Below, piece by piece: positions 11,680-25,324 of a stretch of 48,345 nucleotides of DNA. Origin of the DNA: Malacoraja senta. Taxonomy: Eukaryota. The notes under the pieces are model-generated. The model did no database searches. It saw only the letters and a list, made by a program, of their open reading frames with translations, and was not told the origin of the DNA. The DNA lies in NCBI GenBank assembly GCA_038087875.1, contig JAXLNO010000601.1:1-48345 (forward strand), in the 5' to 3' direction. A program made the position numbers and the translations under genes. Position 1 is the first letter of the stretch. Every line of letters begins with the position of its first letter.

Positions 11680-12610
11680 TGAATTTTTTAATATGTGGAT
11701 TAGGCAATATTAAACAGGCATGAATTGAAAATTATTTGGCAGACAGGAAACAGAGACAAGAATTCGTTAGGGTGGCAGTTGGTGATGAATGATCCAGAAT
11801 CAATCCAGTTCTTGAGTCCGTTATTTTCAATGTTCATCAATGGTGTTGACAAGGAAACAAATTTAATGTTTCTAAGTTTGATGACATGAAAATGAGAGTA
11901 AGTAGGAGAAGCAAAGAGGACGCAAAGAGGTTTCCAGGTGATGTCAGTCAGTTGAGTTACTTGCCAAATATACACAGATGCAGCAGAGAGTCATAGAGCT
12001 GTAGAGCATGGAAATAGACACATCGACCCAACGCACACATGCTGACCAAGATGTCCAAATGACCCAGTCACAATTGGCTGTGCCTGGCCCATGTCTCTCC
12101 AAACGTGTCATTGTGCTCTCCTTACCGGAGAAAGAGTTTTTCAGCCACAGATGTAATGCAGCCAAAGCTGACCACACTGATTCCTGGAATGGACTAATGT
12201 GTAAGGAGAGGAGGAGCTGACTGAGCCAGTAGTCACTGGAGTTTGGAAGACTTAAACATGATCTCTCTAAATTAAACAACATTCAAAACAGAGCTAGACA
12301 GACTCGATACACAAAGATATTTCCAGTGACTGTAGGATCTGGAACAAGGGGTTTAGGACGCAAGATAAGGGGTGAAACATTTAGGGCTGAGACATTTCTT
12401 CATTGTGAATATGGTGAGCCATTGAAATTCATCCCACAGAAAATGGTAGATAGCAGGTCACTGAATCCTGTTAAGTAGGGGATAGATTTATTTGACATAA
12501 AATGCATCAAAATTTATCGGGAGAGAATTGGATTATGAGATTGTTTGAAATGATTGAACAGGCTCAAAGTGACAAATAATCCACCCCTGATTCTCTTTTG
12601 CATGTTTCAA
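11680..12610 (+). mobile_element. Old degenerate CR1 RT and 3' region
   Basis: Decayed WLAD.KQR and SKF.DD.K-like segments; CR1-like 3' end at ~12560-12610. Confidence 0.6.
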
Positions 12611-13184
12611 TAGGTTTTGGGATGGTTTGATGTTTTCTTTGTCCTTCACACTGCTGATGTTTATTTACACATTGTGAAATTTAGTCAGATAAAAAACAGA
12701 AAGCAAATCATTGTGGTTAAAAAAACAAATCATTGTGGTTAAATTGCAAGAAAGCTCTTCCTGCAGCCTTGACCATTGCTCTGCATTTTGCATCAGGTCC
12801 TGAATGTGATATGGGGAAAGGCAGAATCCTTGCACTCTTCAAACCTCACATTTTTTATATTCAAAAATAAACTTAATATCAGAATTAAAAATATATACCA
12901 ATCTAGTCTGAAGGTTCCCAACTCAAAACTATCCTTGTTCTCCAGGAATGCTGCCTGACACACTGAGTTACTCCAGTATTGTATGTCTTTCCTTGGTAAA
13001 ACAGCATCCGTAGTTCCATATTTCTATACAAAACTAACACAAACGTTTTTGGTGTCTATACATTCAATAGTGTCACACTCAGTAGTGTTTGCACCTGCCT
13101 TTACACAATACACCCTTGACTGTCATTTGGCCCTCCTGGGCAAGAGCGGAACTCGCTATCAAAACATGGAGGGGACACAATTTG

Positions 13185-13880
13185 TTGGCATCCGCGCGCG
13201 CATGCACACACTCATACACACACGCGCGAGGCTTCGGTGCGAGTGGTCTATCTTGCTCCTCTAGTATCTTTGCTTCGGAGGCTCAATCCAGCGCTAAATG
13301 CAGCTCAACTCTGCCTGTCTCACCGGATTAACTACAGCCCTATCTGGACTGACAAGATACCAGCGCTGCTTCTCCGCGCTGGCCATATTTCCCGCAAGCC
13401 CAGGCAGGCGATAGGCTCACCTGGCGAGACAGACAGCTGGGTTTAGACACCCAGACAGTGAGCTGGGTTTAGCACTGCTTCTCTGCGCTGGCTGTGGGCC
13501 TGGGGGCACCGCGCCCATCTGACTACCGACCAAAGATCCTATAGCAGAGGATCTCTGCTGCCGACCTCTCTGGCCACCCGCGGGGGAGGGGGGGGTACTC
13601 GGGTGGGGACGGGACAGCGCCGGAGACCCGGCCGGGATCGATCCTGCCTGCGGATGAAGCGCAGGTCCATGCCACGTCTCCCTCCTCCAATCACCGCACT
13701 CTATCCTCAGTCCAACCCCCCCTCCCTCCTCCAATCATCGCGCTGAATTATCATGTCCCACCCCCATTGCCTGCTGACCAACGTCTCTCTCGTCCAATCG
13801 GCCCCCTTCCTCGATCTCCAGTCCCACCCCCACTGTCTCGCGGAAAAGCGGAGATTTCATCGGGTTTTAAAATCCGGATT
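13185..13880 (-). promoter_or_regulatory. CpG island and candidate promoter with three CCAAT boxes
   Basis: CpG-rich in a CpG-poor background; CCAAT at 13687, 13731 and 13794; CCACCCC boxes; minus-strand donor CAG|GTGAG at 13421/13420. Confidence 0.55.
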
Positions 13881-13889
13881 ACAAAAACA

Positions 13890-15197
13890 TTTTTTTTTTT
13901 TTTTTTTTTTTTTAATAATTTTTTTAATAGAAGTACGGTAGATTACAGTAATGTACAACACGTATATATTAATACATTTTTTGTACCGCTTCACTTTTTT
14001 AAACTTTAAGAAAGAAAAAGAAAGAAGTAAGAAAAGTGAAGAAAGTGCGCAAAGGTTGTGAAGTGCAAAAGAGTGTTGGGAAAAGAAAGCCCCTTAGAAA
14101 AGAAGTTAGAGAAGGAAGTAAAGTTAGAAAATAGACCCTAGAAAAGAAAGAGAAAGAAAGAAGGAACAATCGCTCTATTATAACTCTTATAACATACTTC
14201 ATAGAGAATGAACTACCAACCAAGTCTGTTTTTGTTTTACCTCCCATTACCAGGTCCAGATAACTTTTATTTATTTATTTGTTTTTCTAAATTACTATTG
14301 CACCTCATGCTTGTAATAGGTCCAAAAACGTAGACCACGTCTTTTGAAATTGGTCTACTTTGCCTACTAGGAGGAATCTCATCTCTTCCAGATGTAATGT
14401 TTCCAACATATTTGATGTCCACATTTTTATTGTTGGTGTGGGTGCATTTTTCCAGAATTTAAGTATAAGCTTTTTTCCCATTATTAGCCCATAATTGAGT
14501 AAATTCTTCTGATACACGTTTAATTCAGGAATACCTTCCGATATTCCAAAAATAATCCATTCTGGTTTTGGTACCAGTTTTATTTTGATTAATTTTGAAA
14601 AAATATCAAATATTTCAAACCAGAATTTTTGGATTTTTGTACAAAAAACAAAAGAATGTGCTATGGTAGCTTCTTGACATATACATTTATCACAGATTGG
14701 TGAGACGTTAGGAAAGATTTTATTTAGTTTGGTTTTTGAATAATATAATCTATGTAATGTTTTAAATTGGATAAGCGTATGTCGTACGTTGATCGAGCAT
14801 TTATGCACCTGTAATAAATGATTATCCCAACTCTCTTTTGAAATTTTTATACCTAGATCTTGTTCCCAATCTCTTCTAATTCCATCTGTTGTGGGTATTT
14901 CTATGTTTAAGATGATATTATATAAGTATGATATTAAATTAACTGATTCCGCCTTTGTCTTCATTGCTTCGTCTAGTAAGTCGGAAGGCATATTATAATA
15001 ATCTTTTGTGTGTGTTTTCAAATAGTCACAGATTTGTAGATATTTAAAATATTGATTATTTTTCAAATTATATTTCAGTTGTAGTTGTTGGAATGATAGT
15101 AATTTTTCTAATTCATACAGATCTTCGAGCGTTTTGATTCCCATTCTTTCCCATTGTATAAATGATTTATCTATGATTGAAGGTTTAAACGATGGGG
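13890..15197 (-). mobile_element. 5'-truncated L1 (second subfamily)
   Basis: Poly(T) at 13890-13912; open ORF 14305-15207 encoding the ORF2 C-terminus with CDKC...H...C; no TSD seen. Confidence 0.92.
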
Positions 15198-16555
15198 AAG
15201 GACCCAAGATAGTGATCCTCCCTAACAGAGTCTATAAGTTGGCTGCACGAAGCTTCAGTGCGTCCCTCAGCATGTTATCCTGCAGTCTGGAGTGGGTCAG
15301 TCAGCCCCAACCCTAGATGGACCTCTCTTTGTCATATCGTTGTTTTATTCCTCAGCACATTAACAGTGTGTGGGACATGGGGCAATGTTCCTGTCCTCAT
15401 AATCCAGCCTTTGACCCACAGTGGGCAGCACCAGAACAGAAATAATGCATTTGAAGATTTGTCTTCAGAAACAAGTAAACAGAATGCGGTCTCAATATCA
15501 CCAGCATCCTCAAGGAGAGACAACCTGCTATCCTTATACAGTCTGTGATGTACATGACCACGGGGCACAATAATGTGGGTGACTGTGAAGTGACACACAA
15601 TTGGGTCAGTTGCAGGATAATTCAGGATGGCATGAAAGTGTCCACAATTAGTGGAAACATTTAAAAAAATGGAAAATGTTCAACTTTTTTTCTTTACCAG
15701 TCCTATAGAGTCTGACATCCTGACTCTGATGTTTAATGGCCTTAGCATTGAAGGTAAGCATACCATACACATTCTTTTCTACCCTATCTACTTGTGCTGC
15801 CACCTTCAGTGTCCAATCAACTTGTATTTCAAATGTGCTGAAGATATGTGTCTCAGATAGGCTCAGTCTAAAAACTGCACTTTATTTCTCACAGGGAATC
15901 CACGAAATGAGGCCGAGGTTTCTCTGCAGCAGTTTGCCAGTTGGTTTGATGTTCGGTGTCTTTGTTTTCCTGCTTTGACCAGTTTCCACACAGAGTAAGT
16001 GCTTTCTCTTCACCGGTCACAATCACCTTGCTTTACTTTATCATTGTCTGTGTAAACCCGCACCTATTGTCAATCTCGCTTTCCTCTCCACGTCTCTGAA
16101 TGTGCTGCTGCCTCACAAATCCATGCCATCCTGGTTGGAGCTCCATTACTGAGCCCCTCCCATCTGCTCCCTCCCCTCATGGAGAAATGCCCACCTGGGA
16201 GCTTGTTGCAGAGGTCGCTGCCCAAGTATCACCCGCAATGTCTTCAATTCACGCTCCCGCACAGTTTCCTCGTGCTGCCTCAAACAATAAGCGAGTTCGG
16301 TATTCCGAAAAAACGCAAGGAATCATGGGATTTGTCAAAGGTCGTAAGCTATAACGGTAAATAGATCTCAGCGCTATAGATACAGTGAATATACTTTTGG
16401 TCTGACTTTTTGATTTTTTTAAAGCTTCTATTTGTCATGGCTGATTCAAAGTATCAAGATATGAAGCTGGAAGATTTTATGTCATGGAAAGTCGATGCTT
16501 TGTAGATTTATTTACTGGAGAGGGGGTTAAGAAAAATGGGAAGAAAAGCTGAACT

Positions 16556-17529
16556 TAGAAACATAGAAACATAGAAAATAGGGTGCAGGAGTAGGCCATT
16601 CGGCCCTTTGAGCCTACACCACCATTCAATATGATCATGGCTGATCATCCAACTCAGTATCCTGTAACTGCCTTCTCTCCATGCCCCCTGATCCCTTTAG
16701 CCACAAGGGCCACATCTAACTCCCTCTTAAATATAGCCAATGAAATGGCCTCAACTACTTTCTGTGGCAGAGAATTCCAGAGATTCACCATCCTCTGTCT
16801 GAAAAATGTTTTTCTCATATCGGTCCTAAAAGATTTCCCACTTATCCTTAAACTGTGACCCCCTGTCCTGGACTTCCCCATCATCGGGAACAATCTTCCT
16901 GCATCTAGCCTGTCCATCCCCTTAAGAATTTTGTTAGTTTCTATAAGATCCCCCCTCAATCTTCTAAATTCTAGCGGGTACAAGCCAAGTCTATCCAGTC
17001 TTTCTTCATATGAAAGTCCTGACATCCCAGGAATCAGTCTGGTGAACCTTCTCTGTACTCCCTCTATGGCAAGAATGTATTTCCTCAGATTTGTAGACAA
17101 AAACTGTACGCAATACTCCAGGTGTGGTCTCACCAAGACCCTGTACAACTGCAGTAGAACCTCCCTGCTCCTATACTCAAATCCTTTTGCTATGAAAGCT
17201 AACATACCATTCGCTTTCTTCACTGCCTGCTGCCTGCATGCCTACTTTCATGAACTGGTGTACCATGACACCCATGTCTCGTTGCATCTCCCCTTTTCCT
17301 AATCGGCCACCATTCAGATAATAATCTACTTTACTGTTTTTGCCACCAAAGTGGATAACCTCACATTTATCCACATTATACTGCCATGCATTTGCCCACT
17401 CACCTATCCTATCCATGTCACCTTTCAGTCTCCCAGCATCCTTCTCACAGCTAACACTGCCCCCCAGCTTCGTGTCATCCGCAAACTTGGAGATGTTGCA
17501 TTCAATTCCCTCATCCAAATCATTAATGT
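16556..17529 (-). mobile_element. CR1 LINE (RT C-terminus and 3' end)
   Basis: SKFADDTKLGG and [16 protein letters not shown]; (ATAGAAAC)n tail. Confidence 0.93.
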
Positions 17530-18304
17530 TTTCTTTGAACTGTCGATTTCATATAAAGCTGAAAAAATTGACCGCACAGTTTATACCAATCCACATATCA
17601 GCTCAATCATTATTTCCTCTTTGCTTCTAACATAACAGTGTACAGCCAAACTTTCATAGCTTTCGCAACAGTTACTGTTCTTTCTCAGAAATCTATTGAT
17701 GGCAAAGTCCCACTGAACAAACATCATTTGCAAAATATCTTCCATTTCACTCTGCCAGTTTTCCACACAAAGCTCTTGCTGACATTTAGTTCTCATACCT
17801 GGGATGTGAGGTTGCTACAAAGCCAGTATTTATTGCCCATCCCTAATTGCACCCTGAACATAGTGTAGGGCGGGACCATCTCACAGGACAGTTAAGAGCC
17901 AACCACATTGCTATAAGCCTGGAATCACGTGGATGTCGAATCAGGTGAGTTTTCCTCACCAGAAGGGCATTGTGATCCAGGTGGGTTTGCCAGCAATCTG
18001 GTGCCTTCACAGTCAACATTATTGAATCTGGAACTTAATTCATGAATTCATTATTCATTTTTATTTCAATTCCCCAGATTCCAAAGCAGGATTTGGATTA
18101 ATATTTCCAGATCGAGAATCAAGCCCTCTTCAAATTGAATCACCAGAAATCGACACTGTCATCTCTATTAGTTTCTCATTGAGCTGTGCTTTCCCAAGGT
18201 AATACTCTTTGCAAACTGGTGGATAAATTGCTCCCACTGTCTCAGTAAACAAATATGCATGCGGAATGGCCTTCAATCGCTTGGGCTCTACATCAATGAT
18301 GTAC

Positions 18305-19281
18305 TCAATTATTTACAATATATATTCCTGATTTAGATGATGGAATTAAAAGTAGCACTAGCAAATTAGCAGATGACACAAAGCTGGGTGGCAGTATGAA
18401 TTTCGAAGAGGATGTTACATGTTGAGTGAGTGGCAGATGCATGGCAGATGCAGTATAATGTAGATAAATGTGAGAGTATCCACTATGGTGGCAAGAACAA
18501 GGAGGCAGATTATTATCTCAATGGTATCAGATTTGGAAAAAGAGAAGCGCAATGAGACTTGGGTGTCCTTGTACACAGTCAATGAAAGTAAACATGCAGG
18601 TACAGCAGGCAGTGAAGAAAGCTAATGCAATGTTGGCCTTCATAATGAGAAGATTTGAGTATAGGAGTAAAGAGTTCATTCTGCAGTATTTTTCCCATAG
18701 TTTAAAAATAAAGGGGACGCCATTTAAAACTGAGATGAGAAAAAACGTTTTCACCCAGAGAGTTGTGAATCTGTGGAATTCTCTGCCACTGAAGGCAGTG
18801 GAGGACAATTCACAGGATGTTTTCAAGAGAGAGTTAGATTTAGCTCTTCGGGCTAACGGAATCAAGGGGTATGGGGAGAAAGCAGGAACGCGGTACTGAT
18901 TCTGGATGATCAGCCATGATCATATAGCATGACAGTGCTAGCTCGAAGGGCCGAATGGCCTACTCCTGCACCTATGTTCTATGTTTCTATGAATGTGGGA
19001 TTCAGACAACGGACACAGCAGCAGTGTGGAGCGGCTGGGAATTTTGGGATTCCCGTTAGGATTTCAGTCACAGAAGACAGTAGATGCCATTTTACTGGAT
19101 GAATTTGAAAGAGAGTTAGATAGAGCTCTAGGGGCTAGTGGAATCAAGGGATATGGGGAGAAGGCAGGAACAGGCTACTGATTGTGGATGATCAGCCATG
19201 ATCAGAATGAATGGCGGTGCTGGCTCGAAGGGCCAAATGGCCTACTCCTGCACCTATTGTCTATGTTTCTCTGTTTCTATG
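18305..19281 (+). mobile_element. Two CR1 fragments in tandem (18305-18990, internally deleted; 19045-19281)
   Basis: ADDTKLGG and QQAVKKANAML segments; two CR1 tails ending in (TTCTATG)n. Confidence 0.85.
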
Positions 19282-20449
19282 TCAGGTGAGATATGGGAAC
19301 ATGAGGTTAGTCACTACAGGGAGAGGAGAAACTTGGATAATTTTAAACTGAACAATTTCACTCTGTGGATTTTGACAAAAGTAAAGAAAAGGTTGAGATT
19401 ATTAGGAAGCTGGGTAGTGGGGATTTAAGAGAGATTGAGAAGAGGTTCTATTGACACTGCTCCCTTTACAAGTGTTGTGGAACCTCCAAAATTATAAAGT
19501 ATTTGTAAGTATTTGAATATCATTAATCCAGGTGAACTTGATTTTACTTGTGAAGCATTTCTTTACTCATTCAGTTATTCTCGACAATTTGAGCATCACT
19601 GTCAAGGTTAGTGGTTTCCCCCCATAGTTAATTGTACTCAAGACAGTGGTAGATTGCTTTCCTAAACCTTTCCATTCCTTCCGGTGAAAGTACTCCCACA
19701 GTTATACTAGGTAGGGAGTTGCAGCATTAAGAAGCAGTATCGATAAAGGAAAGGTGATTCATTTCTTGTTATCATGGGGCAAGCAATTCCTGACACCACA
19801 AAACCTCTCCATCAGCGGCAAGGCCCAATTCAGGAGGGTGCAATGCCTTGATGTCATCTTCAGAAACAACTTCTCCATTTACCCTTTACATTTAAAAGTA
19901 ATTCCTTGTAATTCTATTTGTGTAATTTTTTAAAAATACGTGAGAACAGAACATATCTGTGTGTGCTGAGGATGCATTTATTATAAGGATAGCAACTAAT
20001 AGACAGAGAAGCTCAAGTATCTGTGTTTGTCAGTGATTGGGATAAATTGTGGCAGATAATCTACAGTATGGTGCAAAGAAGAAGATTTATTCCAATTAGT
20101 TTTTACTAATATCAGCAAAAAAATCAATATTTATTATCCATCCCTAACTACCTTGGAGATGATGGTGGTGAGCTGCCTTCTTGAAGTTCTGCAATACTTT
20201 TGGTGAAGATGCTCTCACACAGCTATCAGGACTTAGTCAGAGTCATGGAACCACAGAGGCGTACAGCACAGAAACAGCTGCAACTCATCAATGCTGACCT
20301 AGTTTCCTCATCAAACTTAGTTCCATTTGCCCCATATCCCTCTAAACATTTCCTTTCCATGGAACCTGTTCAAGGGTCTTTTAATTGAAATGTTAGTACT
20401 TGCTTCAACTACCTCCTCTGGCAGCTCATCACATATACCTACTACCATT

Positions 20450-21077
20450 TATAGACAATAGACGCAGGAGTAGGCCTTCAAGCCAGCACCGCCATTCAAT
20501 GTGATCATGGCTGATCATCCCCAATCAGTACCCCGTTCCTTCCTTCTCCCCATTTTGAATTGAATTGAATTGAATGACTCTACTATCTTCAAGAGCCCTA
20601 TCTAGCTCTCTCTTGAAAGCATTCAGCGAACTGGCCTCCACCACCATCTGAAGCAGAGAATTCTACATATTCACAATCCTCTGTGTAAAATAGTTTTTCC
20701 TCATCTCCGTTCTAAATGGCTTGCCCCTTATTCTTAAACTTTGGTCCCTGGTTCTGGACTCTCCCCACATCAGGAATATGTTTCGTGCCTCTAGCATGTC
20801 CAAACCCTTAATAATCTTATATGTTTCAATAAGATCGCGTCTCATCCTTCTGAACTCCAGAGTATACAAGCCCAGCCGCTCCATTCTCTCAGCATATCAC
20901 AGTCCCGTCATCCCGGGAATTAACCTTGTAAACCTACGCTGCACTCCCTCAATAGCAAGAATGTCCTTCCTCAAATTAGGGGACCAAAACTGCACACAAT
21001 ACTCCAGGTGTGGTCTCACTAGGGCTCTGTACAACTGCAGAAGGACCTCTTTGCTTCTATACTCAACTCCTCTTGTT
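20450..21077 (-). mobile_element. CR1 3' fragment
   Basis: [22 protein letters not shown]; (ATAGACA)n tail. Confidence 0.9.
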
Positions 21078-23134
21078 TGAATCCTTTAACCTTTGAATGT
21101 AAAGGATGCCCTTCGTGTTCATATTAAACCTTATCATCTCACCTCAAACCCGTGTCCTCTTGTTCTTGATACCCCCACACTGGGTAAAGGGCTCTGTTCA
21201 TTCACCCTATCTACTCCCCTCAATAATTCAACTATCTCAGCCTCTTGCACTCCAAGGAATAAAGTCTGAGGGAGCACAATTTTTCAGGCCCATACAGCTG
21301 AGCAAATATTCATCTCAACACCATCCTCCCACCTTCCCCACGTCTCCTGACTTCTGTTGAGTTTATAGTCAATCATCCTCTACCTTAAACATAGTCAATG
21401 TCTCAGCCTCTGCAGCTCCTTTGGGAAGATGACATCAAAAACTGTTGTACCAGTCAGAGCAATATGGGATGACTTTGGTATAATGGCAAAACATTGTCCT
21501 CAATGAGAACTGTGCAATGGTCTTCTGATTTCTGCCAAAGCCATGGTCAACAGATCCACCTGTTGCAGGTGGACAGGAGAGGAGGAGGTCAAGTAGGTCA
21601 GTCCCTTGTGTTGGCTCATTCTCTACCTGCTGTAGGAAGAGCCTGGTAGACACATCCTTCAGGGTACGGCCATCTCAGTGAGTGGTCGTGTTACCAAGCC
21701 ACTCCCAATGATGGATGCTGAGGTCCACACCCAGTGTACACTCTGTACTCTTGCTTCTTTTAATGTCATTCGAGATTTTGCTCAGCTGACCAATAAAGGT
21801 GGGCATTCATTAGGACAGTGAAAGCTTCCCATGGTGAAATCCGTGGGCTCCTTCCCATGAAGAGGCAAGTGAGGAAACAGTATGTTCTTTGACCAGGTCC
21901 AATCCTCTCTCCGGGAATGGTTCAGTTTATCCTAATGGGTGGAATGGAATTGCCAGCATGTTTAATGAACATAACCCTCCATGGAGGTATTTTCATCATG
22001 AAATGGCAGGACCTCCCTGGATTGCATGTACTCTCTCGTGGAACATCAGGCCCAGCATGATGCAGCAAAGCACCTGGAGCTCTCCCATTTGAGATCCATT
22101 CGAAATGTTCAAAATCGCAAAGATGCAAGTTTGATTCCAGATGGAATCTTTATTTGTGGTATAATTCTATATCTGAACCCATTTGTATCAACACCAGTGG
22201 TGCCGGAACCCTGAGCTGGAGGGGGAGTGTCATTTAGTTTGACAAGAGGCAGTGTCAGTTACTGTGCAGTGTGAGGGAACCTCAGCTTGTCCTGTGCTGG
22301 GCTCAAAGCCACGTTGCTGCTTCTCCAGAATTCCACACAAGTTCCTCTGCAGAAGGTCAGTAAACTTCAGACATTATTCTTCATTGGTAATAGTGGATTA
22401 ATGAACGGGATTAAAGGATTGAAATGTAGTTTGTAAAACTAATGCACTTCTTCAAATGTTATTGTGAAATGTGTTCTCCTATTACAATGATGGTGTCTTC
22501 ACTAAAAAGGGAAAAAATGTCATTGTTTTTGCTACATCCGACTGATTAAAATCTAAAATAGCGGTGTTTCTCTTGACTATTCAAATGAACTTTATTTTTT
22601 CCCACATTTCAAAATTTCCTGTTTCCTACCTGCTGTATGAAAATATTTCAATATATAACCTTGTTTGTTGTTTCTGTTTTCCAAAACAATGTTTTGATCT
22701 TTTAAAAAAAAAGAAATTGTTGGATGAAACATTTTTCCCCACAGATGCTGCCTGAGCCGCTGAGTTCCTCCAGGAATTTGTTTTGGTTTTTTTTGCTTCA
22801 GGGAGAAGAAGTGGATGTGTTGAATTTTTCAGTAGGTCTTTGATAAAACCATGCATAAAATATCAGCAAGGAATATTAAAATATGTGAATTTGGCAATGT
22901 TCAACTGGGATGGATTGAAAATTCTTCAGCAGGCTAGGAACTGAGACGTCTTTTGGGTGGCACATGGTGACTAATGAGCCATCATTGAAACCATTGCTTT
23001 AGCCTGTTATTTTCAATGTGCATTAATGATTTTGACAAGGAAGTAAATTTAATATTTCTAAGTTTGATGACATGAAACTGAGAGTAATTAGGAGAAGCAA
23101 AGAGGATGCAAAGAGATTTCAGGTGATCTCAGTC

Positions 23135-24870
23135 AATAGACAATAGGTGCAGGAGTAGGCCATTTGGCTCTTTGAGCCTGCACCGCCAATCAATGTGATC
23201 ATGGCTGATCATCCCCAATAAGTACCCCATTCCTCCCTTCTCCCCATATCCCCTGACTCCGCTATTTTAAGAGCACTATCTAGCTCTCTCTTGAAAGCAT
23301 CCAGAGAACCTGCCTCCACCGCCCCCTGAGGCAGATAATTCCACAAACCCATCACTCTCTGTGAGAAAAAGTGTTTCCTCGTCTCCGTTCTAAATGGCTT
23401 TACTTCTTATTCTTAAACAGTGGCCACTGGTTCTGGACCCGCAACATCAGGAACATGTTTCCTACCTCTAGCGTGTCCAAACCCTCAACAATCTTATATG
23501 TTTCAATGAGATGCCCTCTCATCCTTCTAAACTCCAGAGTGTACAAGCCCAGCTGCTCCATTCTCCCAGCATATGACAGTCCCGCCATCCCGGGAATTAC
23601 CTTGTAAACCTACACTGCACTCCCTCAATAGCAAGAATGTCCTTCCTCAAATTAGGGGACCAAAACTGCACACAATACTCCAAGTGTGGTCTCACTAGGG
23701 CTCTGTACAACTGCAGAAGTACCTCTTTGCTCCTATAATTCGATTCCTCGTGTTATAAAGCCAACATGCCATTCGTTTTCTTCACTGCCTGCTGTACCTG
23801 CATGCTTACTTTCATAGACTGACGAACAAGGACCCCCAGATCCTGTTGTACTTCCCCTTTTCCCAACTTGAACGATATTTAGATAGTTATCTGCCTTCCT
23901 GGTTTTGCTACCAAAGTGGATAACCTCACATTTATCCGCATTAAACATCATCTGGCATGCATCTGCCCACTCCCACAACCTGTCCAAGTCACCCTGCATT
24001 CTCATAGCATCTTCCTCAAAGTTCACACTGCCACCCAGCTTTGAGTCATCTACAAATTTGCTAATGTTACTTTGAATCCTTTCATCTAAATCATTGATGT
24101 ATATTGTAAATATCGGCGGTCCCAGCACCGAGCCTTGTGGTACCCAACTAGTTACTGCCTGCCATTCTGAAAGGGACCCGTTAATCCTACTCTTTGTTTC
24201 CTGTCTGCCAACCACTTCTCTATCCATGGCAGCACTCTACCCTCAATACCATGTGCCCTAATTTTGCCCACTAATCTTCTATGTGGGACCTTATCAAATG
24301 CTTTCTGAAAGTCCAGGTACACTATATCCACTGGCTCTCCCTTGTCCATTTTCCTAGTTACATCTTCAAAAAATTCCAGAAGATTAGTCAAGCATGAATT
24401 CCCCTTCATAAATCCATGCTGACTCGGACCGATCCTGTTACTGCTATCCAAATGTTCGTCTATTTCTTCTTTTATAATTGACTCCAGCATCTTCCCCACC
24501 ACCGATGTCAGGCTAACTGATCTATAATCCCCTGTTTTCTCTCACGCTCCTTTCTTGAAATATGGCATGACATTAGCTATCCTCAAATCCACAGGAACTG
24601 ATCCTGAATCTATTGAACATTGGAAAATGATCACCAATATCTAAACATATCTAAAGAAGCTTTTACTGTCCTTCTTTATATTCCTGACCAGCTTCCCCTC
24701 GTACTTCATCTTTTCAGCCCATATTGCCTGTTTTGTTTCCTTCTGTTGTCCTATGAAAGTTTTCCAATCCTCTGGCTTCCGGCTACTCTTTGCTGTGTTG
24801 TACATCTTTTCTTTTAGTTTTATTCTATGCCTAACTTCACTTGCCAGCCACGGTTGCCTCCCACTCCCTT
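23135..24870 (-). mobile_element. CR1 LINE RT fragment
   Basis: QHGF.KG.SCLTNLLEFFE, YLDFQKAFDKVPH and VPQGSVLGP. Confidence 0.92.
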
Positions 24871-25324
24871 TAGTTGAGAAAAAATCAGGAAGTAAAACAG
24901 CCCAGAGATCAAAATAGACGAATCATTGTGGTTGAATTGCATAACTACCCTAACTACTTGTGCTGCCACCTTCCGTGAGCTATCAACGTGGACTCCAAAT
25001 GCACTGAAGATATGTGTCTCAAAGTGGCTCAGTCTAAAATTCTGTTATTTCCCACAGGGAATCCACAAAATGAGGCCCAGGTTTTTCTGCAGCAGTTTGC
25101 CAGCTGGTTTGATGTTCGGTGTCTTTGTTTTCCTGCTTCGACCTGTTTCCACACAGAGTAAGTGCTTTCTCTTCACCAGTCACAATCACGTTGCTCTACT
25201 TTATCTTTGTCCGTGTAAACCCACACCCCGTTGTCAATCTCGCTTTCCTCTCCACGTCCCACAAATCCACCCCATCCTTGCTGGAGCTCCATTTGTGACA
25301 GGGAGATGACTAGCACCTCAATGT

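Larger units (their letters stand above)
10985..16145 (+). repeat. Segmental duplication unit A (paralogous to 19850-25291)
   Basis: Collinear shared blocks 10991-11120/19856-20000, ~11165-11950/22520-23135, 12728-12749/24920-24941 and 15781-16145/24947-25291. Confidence 0.85.
19850..25291 (+). repeat. Segmental duplication unit B
   Basis: Same non-TE blocks, order and orientation as unit A. Confidence 0.85.

Noticed and set aside
12745..12793. Second TRIM pseudogene suggested by LQEELSC
   Set aside because: No RING cysteines, B-box or SPRY follow; too short to call, so kept only as a note
13870..15215. TSD for the truncated L1
   Set aside because: The flanks share no direct repeat; possibly a target-site deletion
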